Shown here one piece after another: positions 29,801-42,142 of a DNA stretch of 64,000 nucleotides; positions within the stretch are counted from its first letter, which is position 1, and every line of letters starts with the position of its first letter. The stretch covers positions 35,216,001-35,280,000 of the forward strand of contig OZ024740.1 of NCBI GenBank assembly GCA_964016885.1, read 5' to 3'. The translations under genes and the position numbers were made by a program. Source of the stretch: Eledone cirrhosa. Its lineage: Eukaryota. The notes beneath the pieces were generated by a model that saw nothing but the letters and a program-made list of their open reading frames with translations, searched no databases and had not been told where the DNA came from.

Positions 29801-32800
29801 GATAGGTGAGCACGAGATAGAGGTAAGCAGTGACAGTTGAAGTCTTGGTTAATATTATTGATAGGTGAGGACGAGATAGAGGCAAGCAGTGACAGTTAAG
29901 GTCTTGGTTAATATTGTTGATAGGTGGGGACGAGATAGAGGTAAGCAGTGACAGTTAAGGTCTTGGTTAATATTATTGATAGGTGAGGACGAGGTAGAGG
30001 CAAGCAGTGACAGTTAAGGTCTTGGTTAATATTATTGATAGGTGAGGACGAGATAGAGGCAAGCAGTGACAGTTAAGGTCTTGGTTAATATTGTTGATAG
30101 GTGGGGACGAGATAGAGGCAAGCAGTGAGAGTTAAGGTCTTGGTTAATATTATTTATAGGTGAGGACGAGATAGAGGCAAGCAGTGACAGTTAAGGTCTT
30201 GGTTAATATTATTGATAGGTGAGGACGAGATAGAGGCAAGCAGTGACAGTTAAGGTCTTGGTTAATATTATTGATAGGTGAGGACGAGATAGAGGCAAGC
30301 AGTGACAGTTGAGGTCTTGGTTAATATTGTTGATAGGTGAGCACGAGATAGAGGTAAGCAGTGACAGTTGAGGTTTTGGTTAATATTGTTGATAGGTGAG
30401 GACGAGATAGAGGCAAGCAGTGACAGTTGAGGTCTTGGTTAATATTATTGATAGGTGAGGACGAGATAGAGGCAAGCAGTGACAGTTAAGGTCTTGGTTA
30501 ATATTGTTGATAAGTGAGGACGAGATAGAGGCAAGCAGTGACAGTTAAGGTCTTGGTTAATATTGTTGATAGGTGAGGACGAGATAGAGGCAAGCAGTGA
30601 CAGTTAAGGTCTTGATTAATATTATTGATAGGTGAGGACGAGATAGAGGTAAGCAGTGAGAGTTAAGGTCTTGGTTAATATTGTTGATAGGTGAGGACGA
30701 GATAGAGGCAAGCAGTGACAGTTGAGGTCTTGGTTAATATTATTGATAGGTGAGGACGAGATAGAGGGAAGCAGTGACAGTTGAGGTCTTGGTTAATATT
30801 GTTGATAGGTGAGGATGAGATAGAGGTAAGCAGTGACAGTTAAGGTCTTGGTTAATATTATTGATAGGTGAGGACGAGATAGAGGGAAGCAGTGACAGTT
30901 GAGGTCTTGGTTAATATTGTTGATAGGTGAGGACGAGATAGAGGCAAGCAGTGACAGTTAAGGTCTTGGATAATATTAATGATAGGTGAGGACGAGATAG
31001 AGGTAAGCAGTGAGAGTTAAGGTCTTGGTTAATATTGTTGATAGGTGAGGACGAGATAGAGGCAAGCAGTGACAGTTAAGGTCTTGGTTAATATTGTTGA
31101 TAGGTGAGGACGAGATAGAGGCAAGCAGTGACAGTTAAGGTCTTGGTTAATATTGTTGATAGGTGAGGACGAGATAGAGGCAAGCAGTGACAGTTAAGGT
31201 CTTGGTTAATATTGTTGATAGGTGAGGACGAGATAGAGGCAAGCAGTGACAGTTAAGGTCTTGGTTAATATTGTTGATATGTGAGAACGAGATAGAGGTA
31301 AGCAGTGACAGTTAAGGACTTGGTTAATATTATTGATAGGTGAGGACGAGATAGAGGTAAGCAGTGACAGTTAAGGTCTTGGTTAATATTGTTGATAGGT
31401 CAGGACAAGATAGAGGTAAGCAGTGACAGTTAAGGTCTTGGTTAATATTGTTGATAGGTGAGGACGAGATAGAGGCAAGCAGTGAAAGTTAAGGTCTTCG
31501 TTAATATTATTGATAGGTGAGGACGAGATAGAGGTAAGCAGTGAGATTTAAGGTCTTGGTTAATATTATTGATAGGTCAGGACGAGATAGAGGTAAGCAG
31601 TGACAGTTAAGGTCTTGGTTAATATTGTTGATAGGTGAGGACAAGATAGAGGCAAGCAGCGACAGTTAAGGTCTTGGTTAATATTTTTGATAGGTGGGGA
31701 CGAGATAGAGGTAAGCAGGGACAGTTAAGGTCTTGGTTAATATTGTTGATAGGTTGGGACGAGATAGAGGCAAGCAGTGACAGTTAAGGTCTTGGTTAAT
31801 ATTGTTGATAGGTGAGAACGAGATAGAGGTAAGCAGTGACTGTTAAGGTCTTGATTAATATTGTTGATAGGTGGGGACGAGATAGAGGGAAGTAGTGACA
31901 GTTAAGGTCTTGGTTAATATTGTTGATTGGTGTGGACGAGATAGCGGCAAGGAGTGACAGTTAAGGTCTTGGTTAATATTGTTGATAGGTGAGGACGAGA
32001 TAGAGGCAAGCAGTGACAGTTGAGGTCTTGGTTAATATTGTTGATAGGTGAGGACGAGATAGAGGTAAGCAGTGAGAGTAAAGGTCTTGGTTAATATTGT
32101 TGATAGGTGAGGACGAGATAGAGGCAAGCAGTGACAGTTAAGGTCTTGGTTAATATTATTGATAAGTGAGGACGAGATAGAGGCAAGCAGTGACAGTTAA
32201 GGTCTTGGTTAATATTGTTGATAGGTGAGGACGAGATAGAGGCAAGCAGTGACTGTTAAGGTCTTGGTTAATATTATTGATAGGTGAGGACGAGATAGAG
32301 GCAAGCAGTGACAGTTAAGGTCTTGGTTAATATTATTGATAGGTGAGGACGAGATAGAGGCAAGCAGTGACAGTTAAGGTCTTGTTTAATATTATTGATA
32401 ATTGAGGACGTGATAGAGGCAAGCAGTGACAGTTAAGGTCTTGGTTAATATTATTGATAGGTGAGGACGAGATAGAGGCAAGCAGTGACAGTTAATGTCT
32501 TGCTTAATATTATTGATAATTGAGGACGAGATAGAGGCAAGCAGTGACATTTAAGGTCTTGGTTAATATTATTGATAATTGAGGACGAGATAGAGGCAAG
32601 CAGTGACAGTTAAGGTCTTGGTTAATATTGTTGATAATTGAGGACGAGATAGAGGCAAGCAGTGACAGTTAAGGTCTTGGTTAATATTATTGATAGGTGA
32701 GGACGAGATAGAGGCAAGCAGTGACAGTTGAGGTCTTACTTAATATTATTGATAATTGAGGACGAGATAGAGGCAAGCAGTGACAGTTGAGGTCTTGGTT

Positions 32801-33986
32801 AATATTGTTGATAGGTGAGGACGAGATAGAGGTAAGCAGTGAGAGTTAAGGTCTTGGTTAATATCGTTGATAGGTGAGGACGAGATAGAGGCAAGCAGTG
32901 ACAGTTAAGGTCTTGGTTAATATTATTGATAAGTGAGGACGAGATAGAGGCAAGCAGTGACAGTTAAGGTCTTGGTTAATATTGTTGATAGGTGAGGACG
33001 AGATAGAGGCAAGCAGTGACTGTTAAGGTCTTGGTTAATATTATTGATAGGTGAGGACGAGATAGAGGCAAGCAGTGACAGTTAAGGTCTTGGTTAATAT
33101 TATTGATAGGTGAGGACGAGATAGAGGCAAGCAGTGACAGTTAAGGTCTTGTTTAATATTATTGATAATTGAGGACGTGATAGAGGCAAGCAGTGACAGT
33201 TAAGGTCTTGGTTAATATTATTGATAGGTGAGGACGAGATAGAGGCAAGCAGTGACAGTTAATGTCTTGCTTAATATTATTGATAATTGAGGACGAGATA
33301 GAGGCAAGCAGTGACATTTAAGGTCTTGGTTAATATTATTGATAATTGAGGACGAGATAGAGGCAAGCAGTGACAGTTAAGGTCTTGGTTAATATTGTTG
33401 ATAATTGAGGACGAGATAGAGGCAAGCAGTGACAGTTAAGGTCTTGGTTAATATTATTGATAGGTGAGGACGAGATAGAGGCAAGCAGTGACAGTTGAGG
33501 TCTTACTTAATATTATTGATAATTGAGGACGAGATAGAGGCAAGCAGTGACAGTTAAGGTCTTGGTTAATATTATTGATAGGTGAGGACGAGATAGAGGC
33601 AAGCAGTGACAGTTAAGGTCTTGGTTAATATTATTGATAGGTGAGGACGAGATAGAGGCAAGCAGTGACAGTTAAGGTCTTGGTTAATATTATTGATAAT
33701 TGAGGACGAGATAGAGGCAAGCAGTGACAGTTAAGGTCTTGGTTAATATTATTGATAGGTGAGGACGAGATAGAGGCAAGCAGTGACAGTTAAGGTCTTG
33801 GTTAATATTGTTGATAATTGAGGACGAGATAGAGGCAAGCAGTGACAGTTAAGGTCTTGGTTAATATTATTGATAGGTGAGGACGAGATAGAGGGAAGCA
33901 GTGACAGTTGAGGTCTTGGTTAATATTATTGATAGGTGAGGACGAGATAGAGGCAAGCAGTAAAAGTTAAGGTCTTGGTTAATATT
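23877..33986. repeat. 59-bp satellite, consensus GTTAAGGTCTTGGTTAATATT(G/A)TTGATAGGTGAGGACGAGATAGAGGCAAGCAGTGACA, left block (~171 monomers)
   Basis: Direct 59-nt periodicity. The first monomer is the most diverged. Confidence 0.98.
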
Positions 33987-35235
33987 GATTTCTTTATTAG
34001 CCACAAGGGCGCAACAAGAAAGGGGACAATACAAAGACATGCCGGGGATTTTACATACAGTCGTGTAAAAAATATAAAAACAAACAATTTCAACAATCGA
34101 AATCCCCAATAGGGGGGAGGCGCCACAAATGGGTTGTTTAATACCCCGTCGATAGAACAACACTCAACTCAAGGAGCGTGTTGTGCAAGTGCTCCTTTCT
34201 TCCTTTTGCTCTCTTCCTCAACCTACAGGCTTATAAACAGAGAAGGCCCAATCACTCGGGCCATTTTCGCTTCATTCACCCACCTTTCAGTAAATTTACT
34301 GGGGTGCAGTGCCTCTCTCTCCACCCTGATTCTCCTTCTAAAGTGATACTTAAAGAATGGAATCAATTGTTGTCCGGAGAGAAAGGCATCTGTCCTCAGT
34401 CCTCTCAACCTCGTCCACCATATAACTTCTTTCACCATAGCCACTGTACAGAGGAAAACCGCCTCTCTTTCGTTTTTGAAAGAGTCTGGCGGTTTGATCT
34501 TTACTATGGCCTCGGCAGTCAACTGTATTTGTCCCATACGCGACAGCAGTTGTTCTGCATAGTTCCACAGGTCGCTTACGCCCGGGCAGTGTACAATTGC
34601 GTGCAGAACTGTTTCAATGTCCTGCGCACATCTTGGACACGTCCTCTTGGAAGGATCCCTGCCAGGGCGTCCGTGCCTGTAGATCTTGTCACGAACCGGT
34701 AGAGCTCCTCGGTAGCACTGCCAGGCCAGGGACCTCTGGAAGTTGTCCATAGGTCCCGGGCGGAAAGTCCTACCAAACATACTGGTGAGCTCATCGTCTT
34801 CGACGCCCAGACTCTCTCCGAGCACGTCGTCGCCCTTGTAACGTACAATCCCTCTATAGAATGTCGAAGTGGAGTATCCACTGATTGCTGCGCCCGCTTG
34901 CCAGAGGACTGTGAGCGCCTGAGCGCATTCAATGTGCCAGGCGCCCATCGTTTTCGGTCTTTTCTTCACCCAGGACTGCAGCTCCGTTAGCGAGACGAGC
35001 TGTGGGAAAGCCTGTCTCACAAACGGTGCCCACACCGGTTGGGGGTCGGTGAGGAATACCTGGAGATGCCGCAGCCTCAGCGCATGTTTGCGCATCATCA
35101 GCCACGGCATTCCCAGCCCTCCGTTGGAAGGGTGCTGACAGCAGACGGATCTCCTCACCAGCGGAGCCTGCTTCTTCCACAGAAACTGGAAGAGCATGCG
35201 TTCCATCTTGGCGAGGTGTTCACGGGGACAAGGCA
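33987..35235 (-). mobile_element. Tx1/L1-type non-LTR retrotransposon, copy 1 (5'-truncated, ~1.25 kb)
   Basis: Nearly identical to the 3' ends of copies 2 and 3. 3' junction CTTGGTTAATATT|GATTTCTTTATT; 5' junction GGACAAGGCA|GGTGAGGACGAG. Confidence 0.95.
34223..35235 (-). pseudogene. ORF2 C-terminal fragment (post-RT region and CCHC zinc finger) of copy 1
   Basis: GGLG motif and CPRCAQDIETVLHAIVHC. The first residues of the predicted ORF come from satellite DNA. Confidence 0.9.
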
Positions 35236-36348
35236 GGTGAGGACGAGATAGAGGCAAGCAGTGACAGTTGAGGTCTTGGTTAATATTGTTGATAGGTGAG
35301 GATGAGATAGAGGTAAGCAGTGACAGTTAAGGTCTTCGTTAATATTATTGATAATTGAGGACGAGATAGAGGCAAGCAGTGACAGTTGAGGTCTTGGTTA
35401 ATATTATTGATAGGTGAGGGCGAGATAGAGGGAAGCAGTGACAGTTGAGGTCTTGGTTAATATTGTTGATAGGTGAGCACGAGATAGAGGTAAGCAGTGA
35501 CAGTTGAGGTCTTGGTTAATATTGTTGATAGGTGAGGACGAGATAGAGGCAAGCAGTGACAGTTGAGGTCTTGGTTAATATTGTTGATATGTGAGCACGA
35601 GATAGAGGTAAGCAGTGACAGTTGAGGTCTTGGTTAATATTGTTGATAGGTGAGGACGAGATAGAGGGAAGCAGTGACAGTTGAGGTCTTGGTTAAGATT
35701 GTTGATAGGCGAGGACGAGATAGAGGCAAGCAGTGATAGTTGAGGTCTTGGTTAATATTGTTGATAGGTGAGAACGAGATAGAGGTAAGCAGTAACAGTT
35801 AAGGTCTTGGTTAATATTATTGATAGGTGAGGACGAGATAGAGGGAAGCAGTGACAGTTAAGGTCTTGGTTAATATAATTGATAGGTGGGGACGAGATAG
35901 AGGCAAGCAGTGACAGTTAAGGTCTTGGTTAATATTGTTGATAGATCAGGACGGGATAGAGGTAAGCAGTTACAGTTAAGGTCTTGGTTAATATTATTGA
36001 TAGGTGAGGACGAGATAGAGGCAAGCAGTGACAGTTAAGGTCTTGGTTAATATTGTTGATAGGTGAGGACGATATTGAGGTAAGCAATGACAGTTAAGGT
36101 CTTGGTTAATATTGTTGATAGGTGAGAACGAGATAGAGGTAAGCAGTGACAGTTAAGGTCTTGATTAATATTGTTGATAGGTGGGGACGAGATAGAGGGA
36201 AGTAGTGACAGTTAAGGTCTTGGTTAATATTGTTGATAGGTGAGGACGAGATAGAGGCAAGCAGCGATAGTTAAGGTCTTGGTTAATATTGTTGATAGGT
36301 GGGTCGAGATAGAGGTAAGCAGTGACAGTTAAGGTCTTGGTTAATATT
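35236..36348. repeat. 59-bp satellite, ~19 monomers between copies 1 and 2
   Basis: Direct periodicity. Confidence 0.97.
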
Positions 36349-36584
36349 GATTTCTTTATTAGCCACAAGGGCGCAACAAGAAAGGGGACAATACAAAGAC
36401 ATGCCGGGGATTTTACATACAGTCGTGTAAAAAATATAAAAACAAACAATTTCAACAATCGAAATCCCCAATAGGGGGGAGGCGCCACAAATGGGTTGTT
36501 TAATACCCCGTCGATAGAACAACCCTCAACTCAAGGAGCGTGTTGTGCAAGTGCTCCTTTCTTCCTTTTGCTCTCTTCCTCAAC

Positions 36585-39500
36585 CTACAGGCTTATAAAC
36601 AGAGAAGGCCCAATCACTCGGGCCATTTTCGCTTCATTAACCCACCTTTCAGTAAATTTACTGGGGTGCAGTGCCTCTCTCTCCACCCTGATTCTCCTTC
36701 TAAAGTGATACTTAAAGAATGGAATCAATTGTTGTCCGGAGAGAAAGGCATCTGTCCTCAGTCCTCTCAACCTCGTCCACCATATAACTTCTTTCACCAT
36801 AGCCACCGTACAGAGGAAAACCGCCTCTCTTTCGTTTTTGAAAGAGTCTGGCGGTTTGATCCTTACTATGGATTCGGCAGTCAACTGTATTTGTCCCATA
36901 CGCGACAGCAGTTGTTCTGCATAGTTCCACAGGTCGCTTACGCCCGGGCAGTGTACAATTGCGTGCAGAACTGTTTCAATGTCCTGCGCACATCTTGGAC
37001 ACGTCCTCTTGGAAGGATCCCTGCCAGGGCGTCCGTGCCTGTAGATCTTGTCACGAACCGGTAGAGCTCCTCGGTAGCACTGCCAGGCCAGGGACCTCTG
37101 GAAGTTGTCCATAGGTCCCGGGCGGAAAGTCCTACCAAACATACTGGTGAGCTCATCGTCTTCGACGCCCAGAGTCTCCCCGAGCACGTCGTCGCCCTTG
37201 TAACGTACAATCCCTCTATAGAATGTCGAAGTGGAGTATCCACTGATTGCTGCGCCCGCTTGCCAGAGGACTGTGAGCGCCTGAGCGCATTCAATGTGCC
37301 AGGCGCCCATCGTTTTCGGTCTTTTCTTCACCCAGGACTGCAGCTCCGTTAGCGAGACGAGCTGTGGGAAAGCCTGTCTCACAAACGGTGCCCACACCGG
37401 TTGGGGGTCGGTGAGGAATACCTGGAGATGCCGCAGCCTCAGCGCATGTTTGCGCATCATCAGCCACGGCATTCCCAGCCCTCCGTTGGAAGGGTGCTGA
37501 CAGCAGACGGATCTCCTCACCAGCGGAGCCTGCTTCTTCCACAGAAACTGGAAGAGCATGCGTTCCATCTTGGCGAGGTGTTCACGGGGACAAGGCACGA
37601 CAGTCAAGCGGTAGTAGATGACGGACGCTATGAAAGTGTTCGCCACCTCCGCTCGACCTTTCAAGGACAGTTTGCACTCTGCCCACTTCTGAGTGAGTGC
37701 AAACACCTTGGCCGTGACCTCGTTCCAGTTTTTCTCCACCTGGAGGTCTGGACCGAACCAGACCCCGAGCAATTTCACCGGTCCGTCCGTCCAGCGTCCA
37801 ACGACGCTGTCGGATGTCATCGGTTTGCCTCTCCACGTACCGAGTTGCAAACCGACAGACTTGTCTGGGTTTAGTTTTGCTCCCGTCAGCGTTTCGTATT
37901 CTTTCAGTATGTTGCCGATCACCCCGATTTCCGAGGTGCTCGACACCATTACTGTCACGTCGTCGGCATACGCCGACGCCGCTTTGCGCAGTCCCGGTTC
38001 TAGGGGGATGCCCTGCAACAGCTCCAATTTCCGCAGTAGTGGCTCTAGAGTCAATACATACAGAATGGAGGAGAGAGGGCATCCCTGTCGAATGGAACGC
38101 GTGATTGCGAACGGCTCCGATAGGTAGCCGTTCACCTTGACCCTCGAGCAGATGCTGGTGTGCATCGCCTCGATCCATCCTCTGAACACGGGACCGAAAC
38201 CGGCCGCCTTGAGAACCGCTTCCAAGTATCGATGGTCGACCCTATCGAATGCCTTAGACTGATCCAAGTTGATCAGAGCCCCACCGAAGCCGGGTTTACT
38301 ACCCACCCTCTCTATGATGTATCGCATGAGGTGGAGGTTGTCGTGTATGGACCTGGTCGGGATTGCACACGTTTGCGCTTTCCCTACCAGGTTCTCGACG
38401 ACAAGCGCCAACCTCGTCGCTAGCACCTTGGCCAAAATCTTTAACTCTGTGTTCTACCTTGTTCTCGTCTTTCCTGATCAGCGTTACTACGCCCTTGCCT
38501 GCAGAACTGGGAATTCTCCCGTTCTGCTGCCAATTGCAGTAGACGGCTTCGAGGACGCCAGAGAACAAGTCCGGCATGCCTATGTAAAATTCGTAGGGTA
38601 GACCATCTAGACCGGGTGACTTGCGTTTCCCGCAGCGGCCCAGAGCGTCCCGTATCTCAGTGTCCGTGATCGGTCTTTCGCAGAACTCGGCGTCCGTGTT
38701 CGAGAGACGCGGCAGGCCGTCGAGGTATGAACTAAAGTCCATTGCCCCGTTCGGCTCACCGTCGTTCTGCTCAAACAGTCGCGCAAAGTGCCGCTGAAAG
38801 GCCGCGCACATTTGCTTGGGGTCAAGTAGCACGCGTCCGTTTTGGTCTTTCAAAGACCGAATCGTGGACTTGTTGCCACTTTTTGCCTCCGCCACTCGGG
38901 CCCAGCTGACAGCTTTCGCTCCTTCGTTTCCTAGAGCACGTGTTTTGCTTCTGACCACGCAGCCTTCGTGTTTCGCATCGAAGAACTGGTCCAGTGCCGT
39001 TCTCGACGCTAACACTCTAGCCGCGTTGCCACTTCTAAGTGCCTCCTCTACCTTGGCTACTAGTTCTCTTTCTATTCTGTTTTTCTCTAAGGCTAACTCT
39101 CTGCTATACCCTATCGATTCTATTCTAATTGCTTTCTTGAGAGAGTACCACCATCTATTGTTGACGATGGCTCCCGTTAACTGTTGCTTGACTAGTTTAC
39201 TTATCCGTTCACTGTAAGCTTTACGTGCCGGCAACGACACATTCAGCTTCCAGTATCCGGGACCCTGTCTATGTATTCTATCACGGTTGACTAAGCAGAC
39301 GACTAACTTGTGATCTGAATAGGCAACCATGTGCATTCGTGGACAGCTTAACATATCCTTGTCCCTTTCTCTAATGAAGAACCTATCTAAATACGATCTA
39401 GATGTCCCATTGCGGTTTACCCACGTCCACTGTGGTGCAGTCGGGAAATCCAGTCGATACCTATCGGCCAGTTGGAATTGGCCGATTAAAGTTTTGAGGC

Positions 39501-39996
39501 TGTTGCACCCCGCTCTACTGGGACATGCTCCCACATAGTCCCATCGTGCATCTAGGATACCATTCCAGTCCCCCACTAAAAGTAAGGAGCGAGACGTTCC
39601 CAGAAAAGACTCTAGACGCTTAAAGAAGTCTGGCCGTGATTGCGATTGCCCGGTCGGGGCATAAACGGCCACCAGTCTGAAGGCTCCACCTCCGATACTG
39701 TTCACGTCTAGGACTACCAGTCTACCCTCCGGGTCCAAGTGTACTTGCTGTACTCCGACGTCCAGGTTCTTCCGAAACATAACAGCCACTCCACCTCCAC
39801 CTCCTGGCTGACAGAGAGATGCGTAGATCTCAAAGTCGTCGAAGATGGGGGTTAGTTGCTGCCTGTTGTGGATCCTGGACTCGGTGATGGCTATCACATC
39901 CATACTGTGTGACCTAAGGTCGTTTAAAAGTTGGCCCTGTTTCCAGGGCATCCCTAGGCCACGCACATTCACGGTTCCAACTCGTAAACCAGCCAT
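36585..39996 (-). pseudogene. ORF2 of copy 2: APE endonuclease + reverse transcriptase + CCHC finger, frameshifted at ~38455
   Basis: EN motifs NVRGL, ITES, GDWN, LDR and SDH. RT motifs KSPGLDG, DQSKAFDRV, RQGCPLS, YADD and LLGV. 38 bp encoding most of NFRPITLL are replaced by 3 bp relative to copy 3. Confidence 0.93.
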
Positions 39997-40037
39997 GTTG
40001 GTGAAGAAAAGTTGGAGAAAAAGGACGAAAGGTGCAC

Positions 40038-41827
40038 TTACCTTTTCGTTTCCTGGAGATCGGGTTGTTCAATCTCCATTTGGGTGCTGGATGGGGTGTT
40101 GGGTGGGGTGGGGAAACCTTTCAACAGGACGCGGTTGATGGGTTTGTGGCAGGGGTTGCCCACGTCCTGTGAAAATTTAATTTTCAGGTCTTTATAGGTT
40201 TCCATAGAAACCCTTATAAGTTTAAGGTGTGGAGACGATTCTGCCTTGACGAAAGTTTTGCCCTCCGTCTCCACCTTGGGGTTTTGGGAGATGACCTCCA
40301 TCAAACTCTTGTTGTTTGTGTTGATGTATGCGTATTGTTGTTTGTGTTTTTGTTGTATTGTTTTAGTTTGTTGTTCATCTGGGAGTTTTCTTTTTATGGT
40401 GGGTGTTTGTGTTTGGGTGGTGTTGGTGCTGGTTTTGCTGATAGGGGGGTGTTTGACTGTGGTGTTGTTTGTGTTGTTGTTCGTGTCTGTGGTTGTGTGT
40501 TGGTGTTGGTGATTGGAGTTTTGGGGGTTTTGTGGTGTCTCTTTTTTTGTTTTTTGGATTTCCGCGGTTCTCCCTCTTCTTCACTTAAAGAAGGAGAAGC
40601 AGCTTCATCCGTCGATGAATAATCATCGTCAGGTGTGTGGGGTAAGGGTATGTTGTGTGGTGGTGGTGGTGTTTCGGTATGTGTGTTTGTGGTAGTGTTT
40701 GATGGAGTGGGATGGAGTGGGGATGTGTTCTTCAGGGGTGTTGTCTCTGTTTTTTCTGTTGTTGTTGGTTGAGTGTCTGTTTGTTTTGGTGTGGTTGCTC
40801 GTTTCGTCTGTCGTTGTACTTGTGGTGGTGGTGGTGGTTGTTTTGGTGTTGGTGTTGGTGATAGCGTTTTTTTTATGATGTTGCTGTTGTGTGTTTGTGG
40901 ACAAGAGGCTTTTAGGTGAGATGTGCTACCACAGCGAAAGCAGTGAAATTTTCTTCCTTCTACCGAAATGTTTATTTTGTTGTTATTATCAATAACGACT
41001 CTTTCGGGTATTTTGGAGATTCTCTCCGGTTTCATTTGCAACAGAATCTCCAAATCGGTGCCCGCCCACCTTTGTCGAATGGATTTTCGTATCGAAAGTA
41101 TTATGTCTGTTTCTGGCTCTACGAAGCCAGCCAAGATCCACCAGATGTTAATGCTTGGAGGTATGTTTTTTATTTTTATTTTTTGTGTCCTTTTCCCCAT
41201 GTATGTAGGGAAAAAGGTGTATGCTTTTGACACTATTGGTGTCACAGAGTTTTTTTGGGCCAGTGTCTCGCTTTTAAACAGTACGGAAACGCTTCCGTAC
41301 TGTTTTCCTCGCTGGAGAAAATCGACATTTGCTAGAATCTCCTTGAAAGAATCTTCTATATCTGACTGATTAACAAATGTCGGTTTTCTTGACGAATTTG
41401 ACACAGTCCTAAAAGTGACTGATCGGCGGTTTGTGTCTTCCTTTATTTCAAGGGGTGAGTTAATTCTAAACCCACCTCTTTCTTCGAAAGTTACAAATTT
41501 TCTCCCTTGCTGGAGCATATCTCTTGCGTTGGAGATATCAAGATTTATAAAATCTTGTTTCTTGTTGACTGTGTCAGCAAAATACATTTTCTTTTTTTGT
41601 GTGATGTTGTTGTTAATAATGATGTTATCGTTGTTGGAAATTTTATGTGTAGATGTATCTGTAGAGTTGTTGATGTCTTTTTCATGTGTATGTATGTCAA
41701 TGGGTTTTTTTGCCGTGTTTTCCCGTATGTTATTGTCATTTTTCTCCGCTTCGGCGGTAGAAATTGTAACATTTTCAAATGTTGATATATTTTTTTCTTT
41801 TGTGACAGTATCTATGGCAACGTCCAT
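40038..41827 (-). pseudogene. ORF1 of copy 2: gag-like nucleic-acid-binding protein with a CCHC knuckle, 1-bp frameshift at ~40415
   Basis: CFRCGSTSHLKASC (40901-40942) and a Pro/Thr-rich linker. The first ATG is at 41827 (the track's start at 41914 is TTG). Copy 3 has GGGG where copy 2 has GGG, which joins 40394..41914 to 40038..40304 (~596 aa). Confidence 0.88.
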
Positions 41828-42142
41828 AGCAGCAGAAGCAGATATAACGTTAATATCTGCCTCTTTCTCTCTCTTTTCACTATTAACGTTCTCCAGCGTT
41901 CTAGTGTTGCTCAAGTTTTTTTTACTTTGTAAAATTGGATATTTTAAGACAAACTTTTAAATAAAATGTTCGCCCCTACAGGGACGAAAAATGGGATTAC
42001 CACCCAGCTGACAATTCAGCTTGGGGGTTAATCTACAAAGTGTTGTATTTTTTTCAAACAATTAGATCGGTTTTTTGCATAGAAATTAACAAAAAACTTA
42101 CCGGCGATATTCCACACGTTAGACAGAAAGAGAGTTAGATAG

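Larger units (their letters stand above)
36349..42142 (-). mobile_element. Tx1/L1-type non-LTR retrotransposon, copy 2 (apparently full length, ~5.8 kb)
   Basis: 5'UTR, ORF1, 41-bp spacer, ORF2 and a ~235-bp 3'UTR with AATAAA. 13-bp TSD CTTGGTTAATATT at 36336-36348 and 42143-42155. Confidence 0.95.

Noticed and set aside
38299-38460. Separate EN and RT genes, or a programmed frameshift
   Set aside because: The two copies carry different indels, each intact where the other is broken, and the RT-half 'start' is TTG.
39980-40045. Splice donor AAG|GTAAGT over the ORF1 stop that could fuse ORF1 to ORF2
   Set aside because: The first downstream AG gives an out-of-frame join, and there is no support without RNA data.
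41960-42040. HDV-like or hammerhead ribozyme in the retrotransposon 5'UTR
   Set aside because: GGCGAA and CTGA/CGAAA fragments exist, but I could not build the required pseudoknot or three-way junction.
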